64,000 nt of DNA, taken from contig NC_068981.1 of assembly GCF_001194135.2 (NCBI RefSeq), forward strand, positions 3,279,262 to 3,343,261, read 5' to 3'. The position numbers were made by a program, and so were the translations under genes. The notes under the pieces are model-generated. The model had not been told where the DNA came from and did not search any database. It saw only the letters and a list, made by a program, of their open reading frames with translations. Positions within the stretch are counted from its first letter, which is position 1. The number at the start of each line of letters is the position of its first letter. The stretch comes from Octopus bimaculoides (taxonomy: Eukaryota). Shown here piece by piece: positions 22,259-37,054 of the stretch.

Positions 22259-22491
22259 GACATTATGTGAAATTTATATGTGAGATTTATNNNNNNNNNN
22301 NNNNNNNNNNNNNNNNNNNNNNNNNNNNNNNNNNNNNNNNNNNNNNNNNNNNNNNNNNNNNNNNNNNNNNNNNNNNNNNNNNNNNNNNNNNNNNNNNNNN
22401 NNNNNNNNNNNNNNNNNNNNNNNNNNNNNNNNNNNNNNNNNNNNNNNNNNNNNNNNNNNNNNNNNNNNNNNNNNNNNNNNNNNNNNNNNNN

Positions 22492-22529
<38 letters not shown>

Positions 22530-23549
22530 TCTCATGGATTTACTGCAATGTAATAAACATGTTGAAGTTTAATGGTCTCTTTATCTGTAGATCTATTTTT
22601 TCATATTTATGCATCAATTCTCTATTTGGGAATATATATCATAATTAAATTCAGATACTTAGTTATCAGCCAATTGTTTTATGGAAAAAAAAAATATTAG
22701 TAGCAGATGATAAAGTGAACAGTTAAAGAGTTTTGTGGCTTTTCCATCTTGGATTCATGCTTGCAAAATGTTTAACTTAATGTTTAAAAATAATATAACG
22801 TATCTATAATGCATTATGTCTTCAGTTTTGTTCCATAGTTAAAGAAGGATATGCATGTAAACTGAAGCACGATATTATATTAGAGAGAACATAATTCAGT
22901 AAAGTCTAAATAAGCATGACAATTTGAATAAAAGATCAATATTTCTTCTTGAAGTATTAGTGAAAAACAACAACTTCCAAATAAAATATAAAATCTGGCT
23001 AAATAAGCAAAAATCCTCAAAAATTATGTTAGAAATATTTTAAATGAAAGATTTGAATAAAAGATTTATATATATTTTTTTCATTTGCATGAAAAAAGAA
23101 AATCTCTGATACTGACATACACTCACATGCATGTATGTAGTCATTCACATACATACACATGAAACTACAACCATCCAAATGCTCACATAGACATACGAAT
23201 GCATTCCTCCACAAACACACAGGTGTGCATTTATCTACAAATGTGCACATGGATACATTCATTCATTCACAAACACACAAATGCATCTACTCATGAACAC
23301 ACACACACACACACAGAGTAATATATCCACTCATAAATAAATGCATACACAAATGCATCAACTCATAAACAGACATGGGTAAATTATACATTTCCTTTTT
23401 ACAATATTTTGACTAAGTTTCTAATCCAAAATAATAATGTGAATGGATATGGTCAATTAACTTTACAATTAATGACTTTAGTAAATGCTTAGTTTTACTT
23501 CAATCACAGGAGATCAAGTAATAAACCGAATTACTCAGAAATCTTAAAA

Positions 23550-23822
23550 TTACAATGGATGAATAGGTGTCCTCATCTTGTTTGTTGTTATCACAATGTT
23601 TCAGCTGATGTACTCTCCAGCCTTCATCAGGTGTTCTGGTGGAGTTTCAAACCCAACCTTTATTTGACTAATGGGGTACTCTGTTCTCATTTCTTAGGTA
23701 TTGGGTATTTTTCTGATGTTATTTTTTGTTGATATTATTTCTCAAGTCCCTGCCTGGGAGTGAACTCAGAATTCGAGAGTCAGTAGCCTGTGCTCTTATC
23801 CACTATGCTATATGCTCGTAGG
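23550..23822 (-). mobile_element. Older tRNA-headed hammerhead SINE copy with a degenerate ribozyme
   Basis: Minus strand AACAC-CTGATGA-AGGCTG-GAGAGTACAT-CAGCT-GAA-ACAT-T-GTGAT at 23590-23635, showing CpG decay in helices II and III. tRNA-like head at about 23750-23822. Confidence 0.75.
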
Positions 23823-25763
23823 CAATTGTAGAATGAATTTTTGGGCTTATAAATTATTTTTTTAATTCTAATTTTGTCAATATTTAAGCAGATTAATTAA
23901 TTATTATTTAAAACAGATTAATTTAATTTATTCTATTGAAGAATTTCTTGCAATCTTAGAGTGTATACTTTTCTGCTAGAATTGGCATTTACCTGAAGTC
24001 ATTACAAACTATTTGTTTAATATTGCTTAGAAAATGTGAACTTTTACTATTACACCTGCTGCTTCATTTTGAAGCTGAAGTTTTACCTAAAGGAAAAGCG
24101 ATTTCCCATGGTTTTCATGGATGGAGTCATTCAAAACACAAAAAAAGGAGAAATTCATTGTTTTATCTTATGCTTTTAGTTGTGGTTTGGAGGGATCTGA
24201 ACATCAAAGCTGTTGGAAATCACTCATTCTTTGGGTAAAATTTCACCTTCAAAGTGATATGGGTGTAATTGTAAAAATTTACTCAAAATGCCTTGTTGTA
24301 TTTAGTTACATCCTTTCATGTTGTTCTGAGTTCAAATCCCACTGAGGTCCACTGTGCCTTTGATTCCATTAGGTTCACTCTGTCCTTCCAGTTGAAGACG
24401 ATAAAGACTGATATTTAATTGATCACTGAATGAATATTGCTGTTTAGTACTCAGGTGGTCATTAAGTAGACTTTTGGTAAAAGCTTTCAAACCATGACCA
24501 TCCCATCTATTTTCAGAAAATATGGTCCTGTTTTCTTTTTGTTTGTTACTTCTAGCAGGCTAAAGGATCATATGGAGAGTTCCTACTCCCACTCTTTCAT
24601 CTCTGGCTCTGTAAGCAGAAGATTCATTTGGTGGTTGCTATAGTTAGTATGTCAAATCTAGATCCCTGCCTAGCTGTGATTAGTAATTTTGTTGACAGTT
24701 GCCACACCTCTGCTTTGTAGTCATATTCCTTTGAACTATATTCTATCCTGAACGGGTTGTATGGAATCGTGTTTATACTTGTGTGGAGATTATCCAGAAA
24801 TCTTATAGTATTTATATATTTCAATGAAATATATAAAAGGCTACAACAGTTGAAGGTGCAATTTATTTTCAAGGATCCACCTAGCATAAAGAAAATCTTA
24901 CAGTTCATGGAAACCACAAAAAAAAAAAAGAAAAGATCAACACCAAAAACATTTAACTGTTCTTTAACTCTGTTTTCTTCTTTCTAGTGTTAGTGCAGAG
25001 TGCAGCAGAAAAATCTCCCACATTTTGCATAACCATGTGGTGTGACACTAATGAAGTGAGGCAAGTAATAATAGTGTCTTCATAGAGCTAATGCTGTACA
25101 ATTATTGTTTTTTGGCTACCATTATGGTTTGCAGCAGTGAACACTGTGCATTTGCAGTTGAAACAGTAGTTTTTGCTGCATTAATATTAGTTTCTTTTTC
25201 ATCAGGGTTATTGTATATCTTCCTTAACCTGTTGTGAATTACCAGCTTTACACAGATGTTTAAATTGATTAGATAAATAAGTATGAGAAACTAAAAAGTT
25301 ATCCCATTCACATATACTGCTATATTTATCATCTCACCAATATTCTCCTCTTGCACCTTAAACTGAAAGTCCAGGAAATGAACCCATGATTTTATGATTG
25401 TGAGCTGAACACCATAACCATTTGGCCACACACCTTTTCATACAAGCAGAGTAAATATGTGAAGTACAGATTTGAAGTACAGATATTTTCAAATAGCTGC
25501 AGCACTCAATAATTTGAGGCTTGTTTTACCTTTGTTATTAATAGCAACATAACAAAATATCATCATCACCATCATCATTTAGTATCTGTTTTCCATGCTG
25601 GCATGGGTTGGACGGTTTGACTGGAACTGCTAAGACAGAGAGCTGCACCAGGCTCCAGTCTGATTTTGGCTTGGTTTTTACAGCTGAATGTCCTTCCTGA
25701 CACCACCACCAAGAATGTAGTGGGTGCCTTTTACGTATCATCGGCACTAAAACATAAGGTACA

Positions 25764-26115
25764 GGTGTGGCTGCATGATTAAGAAGTTTCTTTGCCAACT
25801 GTGTACTTTCAGGTTCAGTCCCACTGTGTGGCATCTTGGGCAAGTGAGTTCTACTATAGCTCTGAGCCAACCAAAGCCTTGTGAATGGACTTGGTTAACA
25901 GAAACTGAAAGAAGCCTGACTGTGTGTCTGTGTGTATTTGAGTGTACTTTTGTTTTGACATCATGTGATGTAAACAAGCATCAGCATCTTACAAAGGATA
26001 TTCTTTGTTTTCAGTCTTCTGTTGAAAATGTCTGGCCATGGGAAATATTACCTTATATGGCTGTTGAAAATTCTATCTGATCCATGCAAACATGGAAAAA
26101 TGAATATTAAAATGG
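25764..26115 (+). mobile_element. Family B-headed SINE with an RTE-like 3' tail (also 38428-38710 and 45420-45820)
   Basis: Family B head, then GGAAATATTACCTT... ending CCATGC(A)AGCATGGAAAA..TTAAAA..(GAT)n as in the RTE tails. Confidence 0.7.
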
Positions 26116-29100
26116 TGATGATAACTCTAGTTTCCAGTAGTATCCATTATATTAAAAGAAAATAAGAAATAATATTGATTTCTAGCATTAAAAGCAGGTT
26201 AGTATTAATTTTTAACAAGGGAAATAATAAACAGATTTTAGTACTTAAATGGATTTTATTTTACCAAACCTAGAAGGATAAAAAAAAAAAGGCAAAATAG
26301 ACCCTAGTGAATTTTGAACTCAGGACAAAACCTTGACTAAAAACGGGTTTTTTACTGATTTGGCTATCATTACTACTGCCCACCTTTTAGAAATATATAA
26401 AAAAAGATATTGGTTTCAGTGGTTTTTGAGCAAAGTCTCTCCATTTCCATTAGCCAGCAGCTAATTTCATTGGTTAGTGGCCAGCAAAGATATTTTTGTT
26501 TTCTTCAAAGATATTCTTTTTCTTTTGATATTTTGGCTTGCAATTAAAATGCAGTTGTTAAATTTTTCCCCAGAAGATTTCTCTCTCTCTCTCTCTCACA
26601 CACACACATACATACATACAGAAAGGATATTTTGGCTTGCAATTAAACATGTCGTTATTCTCTTTCTTGTGTTTGTTGTTGAATTAAGTTCAATTACTCC
26701 ATTTACTGCAGCATTTGAGACTTAGTGTGAAAACACTGGGGAAGAGTGATTGTATCTGATCGTTTACAATTTGTTATTATTGTCGTTCATTTTCCTGTTG
26801 CTGTTTGAAAGCCCAAATATAAAACCAAAACTAGACAATTTTGATTGCAAGTGAAAATACCTCCACCCTCACCCCAGTCTTCACTGGATACCAAGTGAAA
26901 TCATACTAGTTATCAATTAACTAGAGGAGACAAGAACTAAAATATCATCTTGATTTCTAACACGACAAACATTTTGGTGGGAAGGGACAATTGATTATGG
27001 TGAGGTTTGAACTCTGAGTATAAAGGGATATCAAATTAAAACATGAAAATAATAGTTTAAATATCAATAGAAGTACTTAGAACTTGACTGAACACCTGAG
27101 AAGCAATAATGGACTGTGTTGGATTCAGGAATCTGGAGATTAATTATAACAGTCAATTCTTTGATAGATTTGTTTTTTCTTTTAATAAAGACTAATTACT
27201 ATACTTTGGTTGCCCAGTAACTTAAAAAATCTCAGGAAAAGTTAAACGAAATTTTAACTGAGAAAATATTAGAGCTCTCTCCCTTACTAACCCATCCAGT
27301 CTAAGTAATGTTAATTTGCATTTAATAATACTAAATACACTTTAGTTACATCTGGCCTGTATTGTTTATTTAACATTTAGAAAAAATATATAAATAACCA
27401 CATAGATCATTAAACTTGTTGCTCTGGATTCATTGGAGGCAGTAAAATAAGGAGCAATGATAATAATGGTAATATTGAATGTACTCAATGAATGCATCAT
27501 AAAAAATCTGAGTTCAAATCTTGCCTTCATCCTTGTGGGGTTGACAAAATAAAGAATTGGTCTAGTAAAATGGTCAAGAATCAATGTAATCGACTAAACC
27601 CCTTGCCTTCGAAACTGCTGGCCTTGTTCTTAAATCACAAATCACTAAATGCCAGAAACTCCCCTACCAGTGGCTTACAAACTTGAAGAATTTTACACTT
27701 TACTCATCTAAGGTCTGGCTTGGGCTACAGTGTCATGAACATCACAACATCCATTTGAAAGACTTAATTATTGATATGCTAGATGTTGTAGTAGTGACTA
27801 AACTTTCAGTGAAGTATGTCCTCAGCATTATTTCATTCATGTTACTAATGACCTGGGTAAAAATACAGTCTCATTTCCTTAGGTGTGACGTAACTGAGAT
27901 GTGGGTGGCACCTCTGAAGAGAGCACATGCATCATTGCCAGGAAGAGAGATATATGACCTTAGTGAGGTAACAGCTGACCAAAAGGCAGAGGTGTCAAAG
28001 GTGCTTTTAGTGTCCGTAAGAAGGAATCTAATGGAGAACTGGAGAGAAAGCTAGAAAGCTTCAACTTTTAATCTATTAATGCGAAGCAAGACTGGTTTAT
28101 TATCAGAGAACTACTCTACTCATGGAACACCTTGGTTCTAGAATACACAAGTATTAGGAACTATAACATTGAAATACAGGTCCTCCTGGACCACAAACAA
28201 CATTTTTGAGAGCTCACCAGAATAATGACAGCTCATGCCACATCAAAATGGATGCTTTCATTTTGGTGTGCAGGACTACTTGGGCCAAGCCTCAACAGAG
28301 GCAGCACTTATGGAACAATAAAAAGGGAGATTATAATCACTCCCATGCAGACAGCAACAGTTCATGAGGTTTCTAAAATGCTTTGAGAGCTACCTATGAC
28401 TCATAGGTCTCTTGGCTTATTGCCATTACTGTATCATGAAAGGCCTGGTTGGAGACCCAACCTTCCGAGCTCTTTTACACGGCTTAGAAAAACTGAAGGA
28501 CCACTGTGATAAGTGTGTGAATCTGAGATGGGAAGAATATGTTGAATAGAATCATAATTAACTGATCCTCCTCTATTTTCTTTTACCCAAAACCAGCAAC
28601 TTTTCAGCACTCCCTCATACAACATGGTAGGATATGATTAAGGAGAGAGTTGGCTGTCTGTGTTTAGCCCTGAACAGACCATGACCATATTTTTGGGAAT
28701 ATTCAAGAATGCTTTATCTAATGTTTTCTATCATTTATATAAAATGTTAGTATGTAATCTGAATGATTTGACTGCTATTTCTAGCAGGTCGTGTGGCTAT
28801 ATTGAGGTCTCTTGCTGGCTCAAGTTGCCAACTATAATGTTACATCTACAGGGTGCAGCAAAACCCACATCAGCTACATGAAGGCACTGATTATCACCTG
28901 CCTAGCTTCACAAGTGCCATGTCAATAGCCATGTAAAATAAAGGATTTTTTGCTCATAATTTACACAACCACTGGTGTGGAACTAATGAAATTAAGCAAG
29001 TAGTAATGGTGTCTTTATGTAGCTAATGCGGGAAGTTATTTTTGCTGCATCTTGTATAGGTATCCAAATCTTACGTACACACATCACTAACTAGTTACGT

Positions 29101-29173
29101 AATATACAAATTTTATCTTTAGAAATTATACATTTCTAAATCTCTCAGAGAGATTTATGCAGTAGTGATACGA

Positions 29174-29427
29174 TGAAGTAGTTGTATGCTGTCAGCTTAA
29201 TGTGACAGTCCCCTGAAGGGACTGTTGGTTAGACCTAGGAAGCTGCACCGATTCCTGTCGGCCTTGATACATTTCCTGTGTCCTTATGTCTCCCCCTTGT
29301 AAACATAAGGACGCAGGAAATGTGTCAAGGCCGACAGGAAGCGGTGCAACTTCCTAGGTCTAACCAACAGTAGTAGTATTCCCTTCAGGGGACTGTCACA
29401 TTAAGTTGACAGCATACAACTACTTCA
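29174..29427. repeat. Long near-perfect inverted repeat (arms of about 116 and 125 bp, 13-nt loop)
   Basis: 29174-29289 pairs with 29303-29427. A few transitions and a 9-nt insertion in the right arm. Confidence 0.9.
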
Positions 29428-30930
29428 CAAATTTTATCATTATAAAATTTTAGAAGTTTCTTTTACTATACCATGTCTCTGTCAGTCAAGGATGACCATG
29501 CATATATATTATGTGCAAAGACCTGGGCATGATTTTTTTGAGAAAGATTGGCAGGTGCCCACACATAAAAATCTTTCTTTTGTGTGCCACCAATGTTTAT
29601 CCAAGGGAAAAACCATTGTCTTAGGGCCAATACAGCTTAGCACCAGTGTTGTTGCTGTCAGAATGCAAAGTGGAACAGATGCAGCAAAGCATTTTGTCTC
29701 ACTTTCTGACAGCTCCACCACCCCATCGTTTTGTATTGGTACCTTTTCATGAACTTCAAAAGGAAGAAAGACAAAGTTATCCTTGGAGGCACTTAAACTC
29801 TGAGAGGTGCAGAAAATTCAGAACATGTACCAAGAAGCATTCTCTCCAATGTTCCAATGAAACCACTTTGCCATCTTTTTAAATCATCTCTGTTCATTAC
29901 AAACAATATTTAGAAAATTTAAGCTCGTTTGCAAAATAAACTGAGAGAGTCTGTGGTAAATTTTAACTATTAAACTCACCTTACCTTAAAAGGTTAGGGT
30001 TAGAGTAAGAATAATCATTGAAAGCATGCATGCAATATGAAGCTATTCTGGCACTCAAGTTATTCAACAGTTAATGTGTATTTCTAGATGGAGACTATTT
30101 GTCTGCCATGTCTAGCAAGTCATGGTACTACATACTGATATTTCCTTTCCCTAAGCTATCAGCTGCAAGGATGGGGTTTATCTAAAGAACAAGTGATTTC
30201 CAGTTTTGATGGTCAGATTTGTTTAAAATGTACAAAAATCCATAAGGAAAAGCATTTCAACTTTAAAGCAGGTGCCATGTAAAAAGCACCCCGTACCTCT
30301 GTAAAGTGGTTGGTGTTAGGAAGGGCATCCAGCCATAGAAATCATGCCAAAACAGACAATGGAGCCTGGTGCAGCCCTTGGTCTTACCAGCTCCTGTCAA
30401 ACTGTCCAACCCATGCCAGTATGGGAAATTGACATTAAATGATAATGATGGGTATAAAAGTAAAAATTTACTGAAATTACCTTCTCTTACGCAATTTCAA
30501 AATGTCAAAGTTATATTTTCTAAACTATGAAGTGAGCAAGATAAGAAATGTCAGTGGAAGCCAGTAAATTATATAATTAATGTCAACGTATTAAAAATCT
30601 AATTAATATAATTGAGTAGAGACAGATAATGAATACTGTTGTTTCACCCTCAGGTAAGCACTGACCAATCAAACATGACCACAAATAGTCCAGATGTGAC
30701 AATGCTGCATTGATAAGGGTGAACTTGGCCATCCTGTCTTTTATTTTTCAGGCAGTACATTTAGGACGTTATTCAGTGTCCTTTTTTTATGATGACTGAA
30801 TGTGATTTGATGGAAACTTGGCAGCTATTTCTTGGAGGTTGATGATTACCACATTATGAGATCTCTAGGCAGCTGGAGTGGAGAAGTGAGATGGAGTGGG
30901 TTGAATTTACTGTAGGGTGTATGACTGATT

Positions 30931-31290
30931 GTGGCACTCTATTGGTTATGACGACAAGGGTTCCAGTTGATCCGATCAATGGAACAGCCTGCTCATGAAA
31001 TTAATGTGCAAGTGGCCGAGCACTCCACAGACACGTGTACCCTTAACGTAGTTCTCAAGAGAGATTCAGCATGACAAGGCTAGCCTCTTTGAAATACAGG
31101 TAGGTACAACAGAAACAAGAAGAAAGAGTGAGAGAAAGCAGGGTTTGCCACCAGCCCCTGCTGGAACCTCGTGGAGTTTCAGGTGTTTTCGCTCAATAAA
31201 CACTCACAACGCCCAGTCTGGGAATATGAAATTGCAATCCTACAACCGCGAATCTACTGCCCTAACCACTGGGCCATTGCACCTCCACCA
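30931..31290 (-). mobile_element. tRNA-derived SINE (family E), older copy
   Basis: Colinear with 17573-17960, with CpG decay and small indels. Confidence 0.85.
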
Positions 31291-31305
31291 TATAACTGAT
31301 ACGTA

Positions 31306-31344
<39 letters not shown>

Positions 31345-31800
31345 GTTGTTGTCAATGACATATTTCTAGCAGAGAGTAATAATTTACTGAATAAAGATCA
31401 ATAATTAGATAGATAGAGATGACTAGAGAAAGATTAGTGACTGATGTTATTTTAATGGTTTCAATAAGGGGGACAACTTCAGGCATATTTCAATTTATTA
31501 TTATAATTTCCTTATCAGCAAAACAAACTTTCAGCCTACTTGCTGAAGTAATGTAAGAATCTCAATGTAAACATGTACAATCTTGTACAACTTTGGTTGG
31601 TGCAGAAAAATAGAGTTGTTTAGAGAGAGAGAATAAATAACAGAGATAGTGCGATAAGATGTTCAGTCAACCGTGTTGTGAAGTTATGTTGTGGAGCAAC
31701 AACAGATTTAGCTGTGCCAATCAACAAATGTACAAGGTTTCAGGTTTTGTGAAAGAATGGTAAATGTTTAGCAAATTACATACACACACACACACACACA

Positions 31801-31838
<38 letters not shown>

Positions 31839-32270
31839 GTTAAACTGAATATTCAAATCTTTTTTTAGTTTCTTTTTTCACTTTTGTTACTGAATTTTTA
31901 AAGCCTGAAGATAAATTTTTATCATGACCAGAGCCCTTACACCACTTCTCAATCAGGTAGAAATAGTAGCTAACTCTTCCTCAAATCAGAGGATAGCTAT
32001 ATTGGACACTTGGTGTACACCACTTCACCAACACACACACACATTCAGTTAAACTGAATGCTTATAGTCACAGGACAGCTGAAAATAGCTAACTAGAAGC
32101 TAAACCAATTCACTGCATACCTCCAGAATGAAGATTTAAATAGAAAACATTTTGACACTAAAATAATTAGTCAGCATGTTAATTAACAACATATTTTGAA
32201 GAGAGTTGACAGAATATTCGTGATTACCGGAAATTAACAGAAGGTTGTAATGAAAGTTTTATGGAATATT

Positions 32271-32650
32271 CAGTGGCTGTGTGGTAAGAAGCTTATTTCC
32301 CAACCATATGGTTCCAGGTTCAATCTCACTCTATGGCACCGTCTGCAAGTGTCTTCTACTATAGCTTCAGGCTGATCAAAGCCTTGTGAGTGGATTTGGT
32401 CAATGGAAACTGAAAGAAGCCTGTTGTGTATATGTGTGTCTTTGTGTCTGTCCACCACCACCGCTTAATAACTAGTGTTGGTGTGTTTATGGCCCAGTAA
32501 CTTAGTGGTTTGGCCAGATATCCACAGAATAAGTACCAGGTTAAAAAGAAAAAAGGTACTGGAGTTGATTTATTTGACTAAAAATTCCACTATAAATTTT
32601 TCAAAGTGGCACTCCAGCATGGCCACAGTCTAATGACTGAAACAAGTAAA
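32271..32650 (+). mobile_element. Family B SINE
   Basis: Colinear with 43959-44253. Confidence 0.82.
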
Positions 32651-33439
32651 AAAAAAAAAAGAACTTGGGAACATTAAGCCTGCCAGCATCAGCATTGTGC
32701 AACAGTCAACCTCATCTTCAGAGGCCACCACATCAACACTATTCCTACTCTATTTCATAATATTTTGTGTTTATTCGTTTGTTCTATTGTCTTCATAACA
32801 TAAGGCAGATTGGAAAAGAAAAGGCTGATCCACAACCATTATAAGTCTTTAATCTCAAGCATTAACCTTTCCTGCTATAGCGCCACCTTAAGTAAGAAAA
32901 AAGTTAAAGCTTATCATGCAAATTTGCTCATAAAGAAGCTCTTAATTATTTTTAACATAGACACAAAGCCATAAATTCGGAAGGTGGGGATTAGCTGGTC
33001 ACAAGTATTTGACTTGTACTTATGGACCTCAGAAGGGTGAAAGACAGTTGGACACAGGGAGATTTGAACTTACAATGTTTACTTGAAAAAATACTGTAGA
33101 GCAATGCTATTCAAAGTAGCTTCCAGAAGAGAAACATTATAAAATGCTTATGTAATATTGTATTATTTGTTTACAAAATTAATATAAGATAAAAAGAATT
33201 GTCAACTTTTATTATATTCATTATATATCTTGCTTCTGGTATAAATTAATATTACTAAGAAATATTACTGATCCCTGGTACATTGGAAAAAAAAAAAACT
33301 GCTGGTACGCCACATCAGATAGTTTGAGAAGCACTGCTGCAGAGCGTTTGCTTTTGCCCAATGCTCTGATGATGACAGCAGATCACAAATTTGGAGTACG
33401 TATATGGCCAAACATGCGACCTTCAGTTTGATTTCTATA

Positions 33440-33690
33440 TCTATCCTCACCTTTGGTCATGAATGTTGGTTAATGACTAACAGGGTATGATTGTGAATAG
33501 AAAAGGATTTTGACAGGGTTTGTAGTTCAGAGATTGGAGAATCTCTCCAGGTTGAGAAGCTACAGAACATCACAGGAAAGAACTGATCAAAGACTTTGCA
33601 ATTCAAACCAGGTCAACCTGTAGGAGACCTAGGGGTAGACCAAGAACAAGAAGGTTGGATGCTATCTATAGTCTCAGTTGGACAAGCTTG
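33440..33690 (+). mobile_element. Old RTE LINE remnant (second family)
   Basis: LTFGHECWLMT (the LxYGxExW motif) and a downstream RPRGRPRT, both typical of RTE ORF C-termini, with stops. Confidence 0.55.
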
Positions 33691-35836
33691 GAAATCCAGA
33701 CAAAAAATGAAATGAGAGTTGCTTATGATAGAACCCTATAGAAGAGCTGCCTGAGGACTCTACACCCATTACTCTTCCAGGAATAGGGGGTGGAAAAATA
33801 ATAACTAATAAAATCATCCCTAGACTGGAATTTTATTTTATCAACCTCAGAAGGATAAAAGGCAAAGGTGAACTCAGTATAATTCGAACTATGATCATAA
33901 AGAGCCAGAAAAAAATACCTCATTTTGTCTGATGCTCTACTGATTCTGCAAATCCACAACCCTTCCTTTAAACACAAGGTCACATATTCTAAGGACAGTG
34001 TAGTTCTTTTTATCAGTTGCAATGTTTGACTGGTACTTTATGAACCACAGAAGGACGAACAGTAAAGTTGAGCCCAGCAGGATTTGAACACAGAATGTAA
34101 AGAGAAGCAACTCCAGTGATTTTTACCATCCAAGTCCTTACTATTGATTGTTGTTGTTTAACCACTGGTAGGGTAGACCTCTGATCTTATTTTTTAATCA
34201 ATATATTTAGGACCACATCATTCAATATCCTTCCACTTTTTAAAGACAGTAGGGTGTAGTTTGGTGGAAACTTGGCTGCTATTTCTACTAGGTCAACAAT
34301 TATGTGAAGGCTCCCTAGCTGGGGCGTTTAGTTGCTCTCTTTCATATATGTGTGTATGTGTGTATTTTACACACACACACATATATATAGGGCTGTCTTA
34401 GTAGCATCATAGGGCCCTAGGAAAATCAAGGCACTGAGCCCTGTACAATTTATTTATTGACAGCAAGCTACAGCATACATACATACATCAGAAATGGGCC
34501 CCTAGACTCAGGGCCAGATTAAGACCCATCGAGGCCCTAAGCACTTAAAAAATTTTGGTGTCCCCCATAAAAGATTATGTTGTTCAAAATATAAACAATA
34601 ACAAACCATAAAATAAATCCTTATTTTTCAAAACAAAACAAAACAATTAGAAGGAAAATAAAGTTTATCTTTGTCTACTTCCACTTTATTTATATTTGAA
34701 AAGTTTCCGCTGACTTTTTTGAATTGCAGAGTCTTTGATCAGTCCCTCAAAATTAATCTTAGGTAATACATCTGCATCTATGCTTAGTAGAGATAAAGGC
34801 ATCCCGAATATTATTTTATCAAGTTTAAAGTGATTTCTTTTGTGCCGTAAACCATTTACCATTTCCGTGGTGCCTCCTCCTTCTCTTGATGCCCTGAACA
34901 CCAGCTTATTTTGCTTAACGGCTAATCCAACGCTGCCTAGACCTGTGAGATCCCTGAGCAACTACCCAGTGTGCTTATGCCTTAAGACAACAATGTATGC
35001 ATGTATGTATGCGATGAACGAGCAAAAAAGAAGACAAAGAAGAAGAAAACACAGGAGAGACAATTATTAGTCTCCCGCTTGAAAAGAAAAGGGGAAAGGA
35101 TCTTTACGCTTTGGACATTAGCATTCTTCATAAGGAAACCCCCCCCCCCCAGAAAAAGAACGGTGGAAAGAAGGGAAGAAGAATGAAAAAAAGTTTAGGG
35201 ACCATGTGGGAATGCAGTTCTATGGGGGTGAATTAAGACGAGAGGGAGAGACGGGGGTGTTGCGTGCAAAGAGTATGTGGAAAGAGATGGGCATGGGGGG
35301 GGAGGAAGGTGTGCGAGTTGAATGGGGTAGAAGCGATATATCTGTATATATATTTATACACACACACACACAAAAGTCGATGACCGGATGGGTATATGGC
35401 ATATTTCCAGCAGAGAGTATTCATGTTTTTAGAAAATATTGCGACTATGAAGCGGGAAAAATTGTAAATAAATAAAAGCAGCAGCAGATGTAGTAGTCCT
35501 CCCCCCCTCCCCACTACTGCTGCTGCTGCTTCAGCCGCAGCTGTGGCATGGCTGTGAATGCTCATGATTTGCAGAGAAAAACAAAACAACGTGGTTGGCT
35601 CGAACCGGCTTGCTAGAAATAGCAACTAAATCTCCATCAAATTATTAAAGGCGAAGAGAAGGCAGGATACATTGGCTAATGTAGTCCGATATGTATAATA
35701 TGCCTGACCCCCCCCCCAAAAAAAATGTGGGTTAGTCACGGCTAGAATGCTTTATAGTCAGTTAAACATCAGACACGAGACACCGAGGTGAACCTCTATA
35801 TGGTTACATGGTCTGCTAGAAATACCAGCTAAATCT

Positions 35837-36030
35837 GGTGGAGTTTCGGATTAGGCACCCGTATCTCGTAAGAAACGAAAAGGTTATAGAAAAAAAAAAA
35901 AAGCAGGTGTGTAACTGTAATTTCTGTTGAATGAAACACAACTACTAAAAAAACAAAACAAAAACAGAACATAAAAGGAAAAACCCTTTTTCTTTTCCCT
36001 TATGGGAGCACCTAATCCGAAACCCTGCCC
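35837..36030. mobile_element. Probable MITE with imperfect TIRs of about 45 bp
   Basis: GTTTCGGATTAGG (35843-35855) and CCTAATCCGAAAC (36011-36023). It splits the otherwise contiguous GCTAAATCT/..CCTCGAATCAC repeat. Confidence 0.5.
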
Positions 36031-36439
36031 CAGGTCTTCCTCGAATCACTCCCTACTGTCTTAAATACTGGAAGGACATCTTAGATAATAGAATTATCTA
36101 CATTTGGGAGTCTAAAATATCTATATTTAGGAGTCTTAATTTTACTAGAATATCTCTGATCATGTATGTCTATTGAATGTTGGACGACCCAGGGTTAAAT
36201 AACAGCAAGGTTACTGNNNNNNNNNNNNNNNNNNNNNNNNNNNNNNNNNNNNNNNNNNNNNNNNNNNNNNNNNNNNNNNNNNNNNNNNNNNNNNNNNNNN
36301 NNNNNNNNNNNNNNNNNNNNNNNNNNNNNNNNNNNNNNNNNNNNNNNNNNNNNNNNNNNNNNNNNNNNNNNNNNNNNNNNNNNNNNNNNNNNNNNNNNNN
36401 NNNNNNNNNNNNNNNNNNNNNNNNNNNNNNNNNNNNNNN

Positions 36440-36484
<45 letters not shown>

Positions 36485-36681
36485 ACGTGTGCGTAATCTT
36501 TCGACACACCTGATAACATTAAATATCTATATAGTCAAATATATATACTAATATATAACCTCAACATAGCCATTTATAACCCTTCTACATTACACACACA
36601 CTCATATAATATATATAAATAAATAAATATATATAATTATTACATACATCTATATTACACATTCATTACCGTTATTAGTCA

Positions 36682-36731
<50 letters not shown>

Positions 36732-37054
36732 TATATTATTGCACACCCACATTACACATCCACGTACACACACACTTTCATTCGTCATTTACATACAGGC
36801 AATACATTACGCACATACATACACCTACCTACATCACTGACATATATTGTATAATGACACATGCACCCGCAAACATTTCCCGCGAACACATGTATCTCTC
36901 TGTTTAACATAAACACACACATGGAAACAGTCATTACTCGCATACAAACGTATACATGTTTATACAGACACTTGCCTCTATAAATGCATCCATGTTATTG
37001 GGAATATTAGTTGAGAAGTGCTGATCAAATAAGCGATTTTGTCATTGTACTCAC

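Noticed and set aside
27683-28054. 123-aa ORF as a host gene
   Set aside because: There is no recognisable host domain or splice context. It has only a weak resemblance to a decayed LINE endonuclease, too weak to annotate.
35233-35625. 130-aa minus-strand ORF with poly-Ala and poly-Leu as a possible N-terminal coding exon
   Set aside because: It is low-complexity sequence from GCA/GCT runs. I found no convincing splice sites linking it in phase to exon 17341.
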